Source: Candidatus Bathyarchaeota archaeon (GTDB taxonomy: Archaea; Thermoproteota; Bathyarchaeia; 40CM-2-53-6; RBG-13-38-9). From it: a stretch of DNA of 64,000 bases. The notes below the pieces were generated by a model. The model ran no database searches. It was not told the DNA's origin and saw only the letters and a list, made by a program, of their open reading frames with translations. The position numbers were made by a program, and so were the translations under genes. Position 1 is the stretch's first letter; each line of letters opens with the position of its first letter. The stretch spans positions 1 through 64,000 of the forward strand of contig CAWECG010000004.1 in NCBI GenBank assembly GCA_963807605.1. The letters run 5' to 3'. Shown one piece after another: positions 20,299 through 29,981 of the stretch.

Positions 20299-21141
20299 TT
20301 ATGTTGTCTCTTTTGGCTTGATTCCGCTGACTTTTATGCTCAAAATTGAATTTGCGAGTTCTTCTATCTCGTCGCGTTGCAGTCCTGATTTCTTGATGAT
20401 CTCCTTCGCGTTCGGGTCGTTGGATATATCTCCAATGGGAAAAGGTGTCTCGTCGACGGTCTGTATTTTGTGAAACCCTGCTTGTTGGATGGCCTTTAGG
20501 TATTCTTCTTTCTTGATGGCTCCAGCAACACAGCCAACGTATGCCTCGATAGACTCCTTTATGGCGCTGGGAAGTTCTCTCGTCAGGACTATGTCTGAGA
20601 TAATGAATCTGCCTCTTGGCTTCAACACTCTGAATGCTTCTGCAAAGACTCGCCTTTTGTCAGTTGACAGATTGATGACACAATTTGAGATGACCACGTC
20701 GATCGAGTTGTCAGCCGCAGGAAGGTTCTCGATCTCTCCGATTCTGAACTCCACATTCTCATAGTTTTCCTTCTCAGCATTTTGCCGAGCTCCTTCTATC
20801 ATCTCAGGCGTCATATCTACGCCGATGACTTTTCCCCTGTTGCCAACTTTGTTTGCGGCGAGGAAACAATCGAACCCGGCTCCCGATCCAAGATCCAGAA
20901 CCGTCTCTCCTTCTTTCAGCGACGCGATGGCAACAGGGTTTCCACAACCCAATCCCAGATTTGCACCTTCAGGGACTGCCCTAAGCTCATCGTCCGTGTA
21001 GCCTATCTTCTTGCTCAGCGTCTCCGGAAGACTGCAGCAGCTGGCGACGTCACAACAGGATCTCTCCGTTCTAGCTAGTTCTCCATATTTCTGTCGTACA
21101 ACCTTCTTGATCTGATCCTCTTTCATCCTAAACACATCCAA
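20299..21141 (-). CDS. arsM: Arsenite S-adenosylmethionine methyltransferase
   Basis: ANLGLGCGNP, LDLGSGAGFDCF, ISNCVINL, YVGCVAGA; Cys-rich N-terminus. Confidence 0.95.
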   Translation of the reverse strand: MDVFRMKEDQIKKVVRQKYGELARTERSCCDVASCCSLPETLSKKIGYTDDELRAVPEGANLGLGCGNPVAIASLKEGETVLDLGSGAGFDCFLAANKVGNRGKVIGVDMTPEMIEGARQNAEKENYENVEFRIGEIENLPAADNSIDVVISNCVINLSTDKRRVFAEAFRVLKPRGRFIISDIVLTRELPSAIKESIEAYVGCVAGAIKKEEYLKAIQQAGFHKIQTVDETPFPIGDISNDPNAKEIIKKSGLQRDEIEELANSILSIKVSGIKPKETT

Positions 21142-21143
21142 TT

Positions 21144-21425
21144 CTATTCCTGTAATATCTCCTTCATCATAGGCCCAAGCATATCTCGCACCATGGCTGC
21201 CATATCTTCAACTTTAACCAGAGAGATGCAGCACACTTTTCCCTGCTTCTCCCAACTCACGACTCCCAGCTTATCTCCAACGTGGATTCCGGCCTTTTCT
21301 CTGACGTCCTTCGGAAGCACCATCTGCCCTCTATCATCTACGCTAACAACAGATTCCACCTTGCAGCAGCCAACTCTGCCACTTTCTACTATGCAAGTAG
21401 GCCTAACCCTGTGTTTTCCAACCAT
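21144..21425 (-). CDS. hgcC: AbrB-fold protein resembling the HgcAB-associated protein HgcC
   Basis: CCKVESVVSVDDRGQMVLPKDVREKAGI...KVCCISLVK...MLGPMM. Confidence 0.75.
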   Translation of the reverse strand: MVGKHRVRPTCIVESGRVGCCKVESVVSVDDRGQMVLPKDVREKAGIHVGDKLGVVSWEKQGKVCCISLVKVEDMAAMVRDMLGPMMKEILQE

Positions 21426-21466
21426 GATTGTTCTCCACTAAACTCTCCGCATCGGCTAATTAAGTA

Positions 21467-21482
21467 TTCTGATTATTCAGAA
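21467..21482. promoter_or_regulatory. Inverted repeat TTCTGA-TTAT-TCAGAA upstream of hgcC-arsM; candidate operator
   Basis: Dyad ~40 bp upstream of the start codon, in an AT-rich promoter region. Confidence 0.4.
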
Positions 21483-21601
21483 AAATCATAATTTTCTACA
21501 GATTGAGACTGAAGCGCGCGCGTAGTTAAACATTTGAGGCTATATGTCTTGCTGCCCGTGGACAAGAGATACCCAAGATAGAGATTAGTGAGCGTGCGCG
21601 C

Positions 21602-21895
21602 GTGCTAGGGAATACGCGGTTAGAGCTAGAACACTTCGACAAAGACTTTGATAGACTCACAGATCCGAAGAACAAGGTCAAACGAGGATACCTACTATTC
21701 TTCGTGAGAAGACAAGACTTCAAGGGCTCAGGTATGCTGCCGATAATCAATCAGTTGCCGAAAAGATTTCAAGAGAAAGCTGAAAAGAGTCGAGACCGCA
21801 CAAGCAACCTTGCGATCGTCTACGCTGAATCTCAATGCCGAGACTCCGGTCGTCCCATAGTGATACCTGAAGACCAATCATCTTGGATCGGATAG
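21602..21895 (+). pseudogene. Hypothetical gene fragment, possibly the C-terminal part of a larger protein
   Basis: Protein-like ORF that begins within the GCGTGCGCGCGTGC tract. Confidence 0.3.
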
Positions 21896-22416
21896 CGCGT
21901 ACGTTTTCGCTCAGACCATCAACGAAATGCTGATTATCCCTTAGTCCGAATATGTAGATATTTGAAGAACCCTAGTCGAGATGTTCCTAACATTGGAATA
22001 TTGGGTGATCTGAAGCGTCGCCGCGCGCGCTTTCTTGCATCCGTTTTGACTGGGGGCTAGTCTTCTTCTTAAAGACCTGCCAGTCCTCCCCAGCCTTAAG
22101 ATCCCCCGGCCTAGTAAGCGATAATGCCGGCTTACTCGAAATCTCCTTCACGGCAGCATCTGCCAAGTTAGGATCCAGTTTCTTAAGGGCTAGGTAAGAT
22201 TCATTCAGCACGCGCGGCAGGAGCCTCTACGAGCAAGAGGTTAAGAAATACCAAATCCCTGAATACGTGTACGCACTGAGACTCTTCCATCATGTTACCG
22301 TAATCGTAGAAACAACCCTTAGAAACCACCACAGTCATTTTGTTGAATATGTGGATCCCGGGCGTAAAATGGAACTGCGTCAAGATCCTAAATGACCTGA
22401 CAAGAGGTCAGATGGT

Positions 22417-23202
22417 TTGAATAAAATCAGGAAAGTTAAACCTCTCGATGCCTACCCTCCAGAGGATGGCAATTATCTTAGAGGAAACGACTATTCGCCT
22501 GTCGCAATAATCATTCTACTCCACACCGATTACGAAAAGATGCCTGATTTTCTGAAAGAATTGTCCAAAATTGCTATAGAGGCTGGTGCGGCCTTAGCAG
22601 GCTTCCTTCAGACAGAAAACGTAGGCATAGAGAAGATCATCTGCAATGTCATCGCTAACCCTAACATTAGATATGTAGTGTTGTGCGGGGTTGAGTCGGC
22701 AGGCCACCATCCCGGACAGACTTTTGAATCATTTATGAAGAATGGTGTTGATGATAAGAGGCAAATCATAGGGGCGGTGTCTCTGACTCCATTCCTCTAT
22801 AATGTTTCACTTGAAGCCTTAGAGAGGTTCCGCAAACAGATACAATTGGTGAGCCTATTAACTGATGACGACAGAAGAATCAGGATCGATCCTGAAACAG
22901 TCAGGAAAGTGATCGATGCCTGCATACAGGAAAACCCCACACCGATCCTAACCTTCACTTTACACGATCTTGGAGCCTACCCTGAGGCGCCCATATGCCA
23001 AGAGATTACTTGGAGAGTGGAGAGACCTTGGGCCAATTATCCTCAAGAAGAATCCGAAAAGTTGGAAAAGATAAGGGAGATTGCCTCCATTAGACGAAAA
23101 GAGGAAAACGAGTTGGAGAAGCGTCGTCAAAAAGATGTAGAGTTCCTGGGGTTGTTGTTTCCAAAAGGGATGCCCGAAAAGAAGAATGAAAACAAGAAAT
23201 AG
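22417..23202 (+). CDS. mtrA: MtrA-like corrinoid-binding protein without TM anchor
   Basis: AGAALAG.LQTENVGIEKII.NVIANPNIRYVVLCGVESAGHHPGQ, IIGA...PFL.N..EALERFRKQI; charged C-terminus instead of a TM helix. Confidence 0.85.
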   Translation: MNKIRKVKPLDAYPPEDGNYLRGNDYSPVAIIILLHTDYEKMPDFLKELSKIAIEAGAALAGFLQTENVGIEKIICNVIANPNIRYVVLCGVESAGHHPGQTFESFMKNGVDDKRQIIGAVSLTPFLYNVSLEALERFRKQIQLVSLLTDDDRRIRIDPETVRKVIDACIQENPTPILTFTLHDLGAYPEAPICQEITWRVERPWANYPQEESEKLEKIREIASIRRKEENELEKRRQKDVEFLGLLFPKGMPEKKNENKK

Positions 23203-23507
23203 GCCATGGGAGGTCTATCGAAATCTCAAGAGATAGACATCGCGGCATGAAGAACAAAACGATGTTAGCCTGCTCAAAAGTTTCTATCGATTCTTTCTGA
23301 GTTTCTTGATCGAAGCCTGTAATCGCATCTGAGTCTCGCTCAGAAACATCTCTCGTGTTCGAGAGCCCTTACTACTATCACTCAGGTTTACACTCTGACT
23401 TGTTGTGTTCTAAACGCGCGCGCTAAAACTAGTGCGAATTCAAAGTATTGTCGTACAGCAAGAATTATATATTTAAGAACGTTAATCTGGAGCGCGACTG
23501 GTAGCAG

Positions 23508-23906
23508 ATGACCATGGAAATAGTGGAGAACCGGCTAAAGCGGCTTTTGGAGTCCGGCCTTAGAGGTTCATGCAGACCGACCGAACGCATCCTGCAACTG
23601 AAAAGGATATTGCGGACTCTGGACGAGTCGAGATTGAAGCACGTGGCGAACGTCTTTTCGGGGCTTGGCGACAGAACTCGTCTGAAGATCCTTAGACTCA
23701 TAGCTAAGGAGGAACTTTGCTCCTGTGAGGTCATGGCTGCACTGGAGTTGACGCAACCAACCGCCTCCCATCATCTGGGAATTTTGGAGAGAGCCGGGTT
23801 GGTCTCTAGTCGTCGTGAGGGAAAGTGGGTCTTCTATAAATTAGCTGATCCTAGAGTTGAAATCTTACTGTCAACGGGCCTAGAGGTCGCAGAGGAATGT
23901 TACTAA
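23508..23906 (+). CDS. arsR: ArsR/SmtB transcriptional repressor
   Basis: LGDRTRLKIL, ELCSCEV, TQPTASHHL, RREGKWVFY. Confidence 0.92.
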   Translation: MTMEIVENRLKRLLESGLRGSCRPTERILQLKRILRTLDESRLKHVANVFSGLGDRTRLKILRLIAKEELCSCEVMAALELTQPTASHHLGILERAGLVSSRREGKWVFYKLADPRVEILLSTGLEVAEECY

Positions 23907-23951
23907 CGTGAAAGAACGACCAGCTGATGTTTAGTCTCTGAGAGCGAGTGA

Positions 23952-25025
23952 GTGCCGATGGAAAAAGAGACTGGATTAGGATGGATTGAGAAGCTTCTGG
24001 CTTTGTGGGTAATAATCTGTATTGTTATTGGCCTTTCTCTGGGCAAATATCTACCTGAATTCAGTAAACATCTTGAGATCGGTATTCCAATTGGTTTGTT
24101 TCTGATGATTTACCCAGCAATGACAAAAATAGAGCTAGAGGAGCTTAAGGAGGCTATTAGGAGCAAGAGACAGGTTGGAATAATCGCGTTCTTCAACTAT
24201 GCCATTAATCCCTTCTTGCTCTACGCGTTGGGATTCGTTTTCTTTGAAAAAATCCTTCCTTACTTCGGTCTGATTACATCCGAAGCTGCAAGGTACCTTT
24301 GGACAGGATTGATCCTGCTGGGGGTCGCTCCATGCATTGCCATGGTCCTCGTTTGGACTGATCTTGCCAAAGGAAACGGACCGCTTGGAATAGTGCTTAT
24401 GGCTTGGAACTCAATAATCCAAGTTATCACAACCCCACTCTATATCGCATTACTAGTGGGCACATACATAGCCATAGACATATTCTCCATAGGTCAGAGT
24501 GTTTTGCTATACTTGGGCCTCCCACTACTATTTGGGGTCATAACTCGCAGAGAAGTGATAAAACGCAAATCCGAAGAATGGCTGAACAAGGAGTTGATAC
24601 CGTACTATAATGTCATACAGTTGCTTGCGCTTCTTTTTACTATGGTTGTTATGTTTTCCCTGAAAGGTGGAGTAATAATAGATAATCCAAATCTCATTTG
24701 GCAGATGGCTATACCTGTGGTCATTTTCTTCTTCCTGCTGTTCAACCTTGTCTATTTCACAACTAGACGTTTAGGCTACAACTATGAAGATTCCACCACG
24801 ATGGGATTCCACTGTACGGGCAGAAACTTTGAATTGGCCATTGCAATAGCGCTAACTGCATTCGCATCTATGCCAATGGTCGCAGTCTCTACAGTAGTGG
24901 GTCCCCTCATTGAGATTCCGGTAATGCTCACAATAGTGTGGATAGCCCTCAGAAGAAGAAGACAACTTGAAATGAAAATCGAATTACCGCCCACCAAGAA
25001 AGTCGGAAAGGGCGGAATCTGTTAA
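23952..25025 (+). CDS. acr3: Acr3 arsenite efflux transporter
   Basis: MIYPAM, APCIAMVLVW, GRNFELAIA, VGPLIEIPVM. Confidence 0.95.
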   Translation: MPMEKETGLGWIEKLLALWVIICIVIGLSLGKYLPEFSKHLEIGIPIGLFLMIYPAMTKIELEELKEAIRSKRQVGIIAFFNYAINPFLLYALGFVFFEKILPYFGLITSEAARYLWTGLILLGVAPCIAMVLVWTDLAKGNGPLGIVLMAWNSIIQVITTPLYIALLVGTYIAIDIFSIGQSVLLYLGLPLLFGVITRREVIKRKSEEWLNKELIPYYNVIQLLALLFTMVVMFSLKGGVIIDNPNLIWQMAIPVVIFFFLLFNLVYFTTRRLGYNYEDSTTMGFHCTGRNFELAIAIALTAFASMPMVAVSTVVGPLIEIPVMLTIVWIALRRRRQLEMKIELPPTKKVGKGGIC

Positions 25026-25117
25026 TCTATAAGCAAACCGAAAAGAGTTCACAATATGATGAGCAAGCGCGCGCTAACATAACGATTATCAAAGAATGAA
25101 CTCGGAGAAACAGAAAA

Positions 25118-25264
25118 ATGAAAAATAGAAAAATAAAGAGAATCGTTAGAGAAGGTTACGCCAAGCTCGCTAAGCAGCCCAGTTCCTGTTGCACTCCTAC
25201 TAGTACATGTCGCGGAAGCGTTGACTTGGTCGAGGATATCAGTAAGAAGAACGCGCGCGCTTAG
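25118..25264 (+). pseudogene. arsM: 5' fragment of a second arsM, truncated at a (CG)n tract
   Basis: MKNRKIKRIVREGYAKLAKQPSSCCTPTSTC...ISKK aligns by eye with the ArsM N-terminus MKEDQIKKVVRQKYGELARTERSCC...LSKK, then runs into ACGCGCGCGC and a TAG. Confidence 0.8.
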
Positions 25265-25348
25265 GCTCCAGCGCTCACTAAATTCAAATCCAGAATAGTT
25301 GTATTATAAACACCTGCAACTGTAAGCCGCCTTAGGGGGATCCACAAA

Positions 25349-25708
25349 ATGGATAAAACGAAGCACGAACCCGCAGAGAAAAAGCAACCAGAAGCTACGC
25401 GCTTGGTAATATTCTTGCCGGGAATAGAGAGATCGACTGAGAAAACACTTCGAGTCGCCGCTGTGACCGACGAGGGAAAGATCGATACTACCAGAGATGA
25501 CACCGTAGAACTTTCAATAAACAATGAGGGTCGCATGCGCTTCAAGGACTCATCAAAAAATGTGCAACTCAAATTGATTAATGGAGAAGCGAATGCGACG
25601 GTTATATCAGATCAGTCACATGGAGTCTCAATCTTCAAAGCCAGGTGGATAGGTGGGAAGACACCTCTTCAGCCAATACAAGTAACTTCTATCTTTGTTC
25701 CTGGATGA
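25349..25708 (+). CDS. Hypothetical beta-rich protein upstream of arsC
   Basis: 119 aa ORF co-oriented with arsC, 30 bp upstream of it. Confidence 0.55.
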   Translation: MDKTKHEPAEKKQPEATRLVIFLPGIERSTEKTLRVAAVTDEGKIDTTRDDTVELSINNEGRMRFKDSSKNVQLKLINGEANATVISDQSHGVSIFKARWIGGKTPLQPIQVTSIFVPG

Positions 25709-25738
25709 GTATGTTTGGCCCATAGTTGGTGAGCAAGT

Positions 25739-26149
25739 ATGAAGCGACTGTTATTCGTGTGTGTCGAGAACGCTGGGAGGAGTCAAATGGCTGAGGCTTT
25801 CGCCAATCACTATGGAAAGGGAAAGGTAGTTGCGTCTAGCGCTGGTGTGAAATTGGCTGAAAGGGTGAATCCTCTGGTCGTTGATGTGATGAAAGAGAAA
25901 GGAATCGATATATCTGGAAACAAGCCAAAGCTGCTGAGCCCAAAGATGGCGGAAGTGGTTGATCAAATCATATCGATGGGCTGCAGCGTGGAAGAGGTCT
26001 GCCCGGCAATACGCGCGCGCGTCAGGAATGTAGTGGATTGGGATCTAGAAGATCCGAAAGGAAAGCCGATGGAGAAGGTTCGAGAGATAAGAAACGAAGT
26101 AGAGCGAAAAGTGTTGAGGTTACTCGCTGAAATCGAAGAGCCCGACTGA
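25739..26149 (+). CDS. arsC: Thioredoxin-type (LMW-PTP fold) arsenate reductase
   Basis: FVCVENAGRSQMAE, MGCSVEEVCP, WDLEDP. Confidence 0.93.
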   Translation: MKRLLFVCVENAGRSQMAEAFANHYGKGKVVASSAGVKLAERVNPLVVDVMKEKGIDISGNKPKLLSPKMAEVVDQIISMGCSVEEVCPAIRARVRNVVDWDLEDPKGKPMEKVREIRNEVERKVLRLLAEIEEPD

Positions 26150-26192
26150 AGCCGATACTTAGCACGCTGCACAATAGGCACGCGCGCGCGTA

Positions 26193-26272
26193 GTGTGTTC
26201 CTTGGTGAGAGCGTCGTAATTTGAACCCTCATGGGAGGAATAGTGTGTATGCTCACCATCTAGACTACACAC
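26193..26272 (+). repeat. Dispersed repeat copy E (full)
   Basis: GTGTGTTCCTTGGTGAG-AGCGTC-GTAATTTGAACC...GGAGGAATAGTGTGTATG-CTCACCATCTAGACTACACAC. Confidence 0.85.
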
Positions 26273-26549
26273 AATTACCTTGGCCTAATCCTCACGTCGA
26301 GCCGAAGCGTTCCTCGGCTTCATACACAGGGGGAGGACCCGTCAGAATGTTTTGTTTGAGTATGGTCTCTGCGTACGCGTTCTGGGGGGAGAAAGGGTTT
26401 GTCCACTAATGCCGACCATTGTCAGTAATATTTGTGACTAACCCAACGTTAAGTAGGACCCTTGTGTCAGTTGTTATGACTGGAGTATACTTGAAATCAA
26501 ATACTATCTTTGCCATAGTCTTACTCTATCGTCTGGGGATGCGCAGTTC

Positions 26550-27209
26550 ATGAAGCTTAGTAGAAGAGCGCTGTTACGTTCAATTCCATTCATAGGTGCT
26601 GCCATTGTTACGGGTTCATGGTGGTTTCTGAACGAGAGAAGACAGAATACAGTAAGTCAGATTCTAACAGGGGAAACGACTGTCCAATCCCGAACCATGA
26701 CTGGCTCATCTGAAACTACAACGATTCCAACTGAAACAAGTACGTTCACTGGAAAGCCTTTCGAGTTTCAAGTAACATGGAATGGAGACGGGCCAACCGA
26801 GGTAAATCTGGCAGATTACCGGCTAACAGTCGATGGAGACGTTTCAAATCCTCTACAACTTACCATAGAAGATCTACGTCGTATGCCCGCCGTCAAAAGG
26901 ACTGTGAACATCGCATGTGTCACGGGATGGAATACCGACGTCCCATGGGAAGGCATACTCTTAACATATCTTCTCGACCTAGCAGGAGCGCCCACGAGCA
27001 TCGATCACCTCACGTTTGAAAGCGTCACAGGTTACAAAATAGACGTTAGCGGAAGTCAGCTAGCAAATCCCGATAATATGATTGCCTTGAAGGCCGGTGA
27101 TGCTCCGTTAAGTGAAGCACATGGATACCCAACTAGACTTGTAGTCCCCACATTCCCCGGTGAAGACTGGGTAAAGTACGTGAAAAGAATAACCTGCACA
27201 AAGACGTGA
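26550..27209 (+). CDS. Sulfite-oxidase-family molybdopterin protein with Tat signal
   Basis: MKLSRRALLR signal, YRLTVDGDV.NP, IACVTGW (Mo ligand Cys), HGYPTRLVVP, WVKYV. Confidence 0.9.
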   Translation: MKLSRRALLRSIPFIGAAIVTGSWWFLNERRQNTVSQILTGETTVQSRTMTGSSETTTIPTETSTFTGKPFEFQVTWNGDGPTEVNLADYRLTVDGDVSNPLQLTIEDLRRMPAVKRTVNIACVTGWNTDVPWEGILLTYLLDLAGAPTSIDHLTFESVTGYKIDVSGSQLANPDNMIALKAGDAPLSEAHGYPTRLVVPTFPGEDWVKYVKRITCTKT

Positions 27210-27265
27210 ATGCTTTTCTAAAATCAGAGCGATCACCAGACTCGTGAATTCAGTAATAACTGTGC

Positions 27266-27510
27266 TCACGTAGCCATAGCCTTCAGCTTGGCTAGTAAAA
27301 GCTCTCTGACCTCTGGATCCTCCAGGAGATTGTCCATCACGCTATAGATCTTCGATTCTTCTTCATGTAGTTGGATGGCCGTTTTCATGTCTAATGGGAA
27401 TCCACACCGTGAGCAGAAGCTGCTGGTAGGCGAATTTGACTCTTGACAGCCCAAACACTTCCTGATTTTCAACTTGTGCTCTTCGTTGTTCACTTCATCT
27501 TCAGTCTTGA
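27266..27510 (-). pseudogene. C-terminal Zn-ribbon tail remnant of an archaeal tyrosine recombinase/integrase
   Basis: KCLGCQESNSPTSSFCSRCGFPLD...LLEDPEV resembles the tail typical of archaeal site-specific integrases; catalytic domain absent. Confidence 0.6.
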
Positions 27511-27794
27511 TGCTCAGGTATCTTTAGCAAAAACCCTGGTTTCTTTTCGCCGGTAGACGGAAGCTGAAGGACTCTCCGTCCTCTTCAATGCTCTCTATAG
27601 CGTCTTCTCTTTGGGACTACTGGCTAGCTTGTGGTACCTGCTCATCTCAGAGCTCATCAGAGCGAGAAGAATAAGCCAATGGACAGGGAGGCTTCAGATG
27701 CCAGATATTAAATTATTCTGCGATCGCGAGTTTGAGTCTAAACGGCGAGTCAGGGGAAAGGATTCAAACGCGTCTTTATCGGCAAACCCTGCTG

Positions 27795-29423
27795 CTAATG
27801 TGTGATGGTGGTCTCGACGGTTATGTCTACTAAGTGATACCCGGTTGAGCCGCTTGGAAATGGGCTCTGGATATTGGCGGTCTGGGTTTTCCCCGTCTTG
27901 TCCGTCGCTCGTACAATGATATGGTAGTCGCCTTTTGTCGGGGGGTTCCATTCGGTTGCCCAGAAAACCCACGTGTATCCTGATAAAGGGTCTTTGAGGC
28001 TGGCGGTCTCCCAGGTTGTGCCACCGTCTGTGCTAACCTCAACCTTCATTATTCCGCGACTGCCTGCGAAAGCTATGCCGGCGATCGGCGCCATGCTGCC
28101 CGCCAGCACTTTCGAGGAGCCCAGCTCCACAAACCTCCTTCTAACCGGGCTATCTCCGGGGATGACTATGGTTGATTGAGTATGGTACTCGGCGTTGTTG
28201 CTCCAGCCCCTCCTCTGCCAGAAGCCTTGATGAACCTGGTCGACAATTTCAATGTCCGTTACCCATTTCGCGTTCAACATGCCATATAGGCCGGGAACAA
28301 TAGCCCTCAGAGGCCGGCCGTGTTCCTGTGGAAGAGGCACGCCGTTCATCTCGTACACCAATAGGGTGTCATCAAGAAGCGCTCTCTCCATAGGGATTCC
28401 AACATCGTAGTCGTCGGCGCATCTGAAAACCACGTACACCGCCCCAGACTTAACCTGCGCCTTCTCAAGCAAATCCTTCAAGCGGATTCCTTTCCAGAGG
28501 GCGTTGCTGATCAGATCACCTCCAACTTCGTTGCTTACGCACTCAAGCGTGTTGTACTGATCGACCGCCTGCATCGACTTCAAGTCCGCGTAGCTGAGAG
28601 TCAGCGGGTTGTTGACCAAACCGTGTAGAGAAAGCTTCCAGGCATAAACGTCAATCGCCGGCGGTGAGAGGTTCACGTCCACCCTGTAGAATTGATCGTT
28701 AGCAGTCACTTCTGACGCAACAAATGAAGTTAGCATCGGATCCGCGAAAATACCTTTAGTTTCTGACGGAGGCCTCACAACCTCCGATGTTGGGGTCTGC
28801 TGGCTTGACGGGAAAAAGATATCAAGTCCATAGAAGAGAATAATGGACGCGACTGTGCCTGCGGCAGCCGCGCGGATAAGCAGCCTTCTTCTGTAACCCA
28901 TCCCTGACAAAGCTGTAGGTGTTCCCTCTTGAACAGCGCTCGCTTCGTGGAATGTCATGGCAGATAAGTAGGTTAGGGAGAAGCCGAAGACCAACTGGGC
29001 GGGGAGAAGATAGAGAGCCGCTAGCTGAATTGAGATAGACTGGGTCGAAATCTCGGTTATCCCTAGAAAGGTGACCGATGCGAGCAGCAAAATCAAGTAA
29101 GCGAGCAGCGAGAATCCTAGAGCTTTAGGCACGTATCCCTTTCCGGCAAACCTGGGTCGTAAGCCTTGAAGAATCGCTCCAAGAACGCCGTAGATAGCAA
29201 GATTGACACAGATCGCGCCTATCAACACAGAATACTTGGCAACAGAGCCAAGCGCCTCCACGGCTCGCGACTCTATTTGCACAGGTGTTATGGAGAACAG
29301 GGTTTGTGCAGCAAGTTCAGGAACAAACAATCCGCCCGATAGGATCCTGAGAAGAAAAGAGAGGAAGATCGCAAAAGCCCCTGCCGTAACCCCTATCCAG
29401 AACCCTCGAGCCTTGTCGTCCAT
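27795..29423 (-). CDS. Polytopic membrane sulfite-oxidase-family molybdoenzyme
   Basis: Several N-terminal TM helices, internal YRRRLL, FYRVD, TLECVSNEVGGDLISNA.W.G, HGRPLR.IVPGLYG, Mo-co dimerisation domain. Confidence 0.92.
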   Translation of the reverse strand: MDDKARGFWIGVTAGAFAIFLSFLLRILSGGLFVPELAAQTLFSITPVQIESRAVEALGSVAKYSVLIGAICVNLAIYGVLGAILQGLRPRFAGKGYVPKALGFSLLAYLILLLASVTFLGITEISTQSISIQLAALYLLPAQLVFGFSLTYLSAMTFHEASAVQEGTPTALSGMGYRRRLLIRAAAAGTVASIILFYGLDIFFPSSQQTPTSEVVRPPSETKGIFADPMLTSFVASEVTANDQFYRVDVNLSPPAIDVYAWKLSLHGLVNNPLTLSYADLKSMQAVDQYNTLECVSNEVGGDLISNALWKGIRLKDLLEKAQVKSGAVYVVFRCADDYDVGIPMERALLDDTLLVYEMNGVPLPQEHGRPLRAIVPGLYGMLNAKWVTDIEIVDQVHQGFWQRRGWSNNAEYHTQSTIVIPGDSPVRRRFVELGSSKVLAGSMAPIAGIAFAGSRGIMKVEVSTDGGTTWETASLKDPLSGYTWVFWATEWNPPTKGDYHIIVRATDKTGKTQTANIQSPFPSGSTGYHLVDITVETTITH

Positions 29424-29956
29424 CGCGTACTCCTTACCGCTCTACTAGCCTCGCCAATAAATAAATGTCGGTTGACCCTAACGATAAGGCGTGGTCGGAT
29501 CGAACCGTCGATAGTTTCTGAAAGGGAGATAGTACACATCAGCCCTAGACAGGGAAACTTTCTCTCTTGATGTTTGTAAATTCTCTTCCGCTTTTCTAAT
29601 TGCTGATGCGTTAGATCAATGCTGAAAGTCTCCCTCAGTAGCCTTGCACAAAAGAGCATCCGTTGTGTAGCCTGTTCTACACTCTACGTCTAATATCTGA
29701 AGTCTTTCGCATACCCTAGTTCTATGACAAGATCTCTCATACCCTCCTTGCAGAAATTGTATGTTTACGCAATCATGGATCTTTGAGAAGTAGCTGTGGA
29801 ACATTATTGCCCTACATTCATCCGCAAGAAAAGGAAGTTCTCGACATCGAGTGGTTATCTTCTTCGAAAAATCTTCTTTCAAAATGATGATATACGCAGC
29901 GCGCGCTAATAATAATCACACTAAAATACCAAAATGACAGATATTTAGTGCGTCGT

Positions 29957-29981
29957 CGCTCACCAAGGAATAAGCACACAC
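29957..29981 (+). repeat. Dispersed repeat copy F (half-site)
   Basis: GCTCACCAAGGAATAAGCACACAC abuts the SDR stop codon. Confidence 0.65.
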
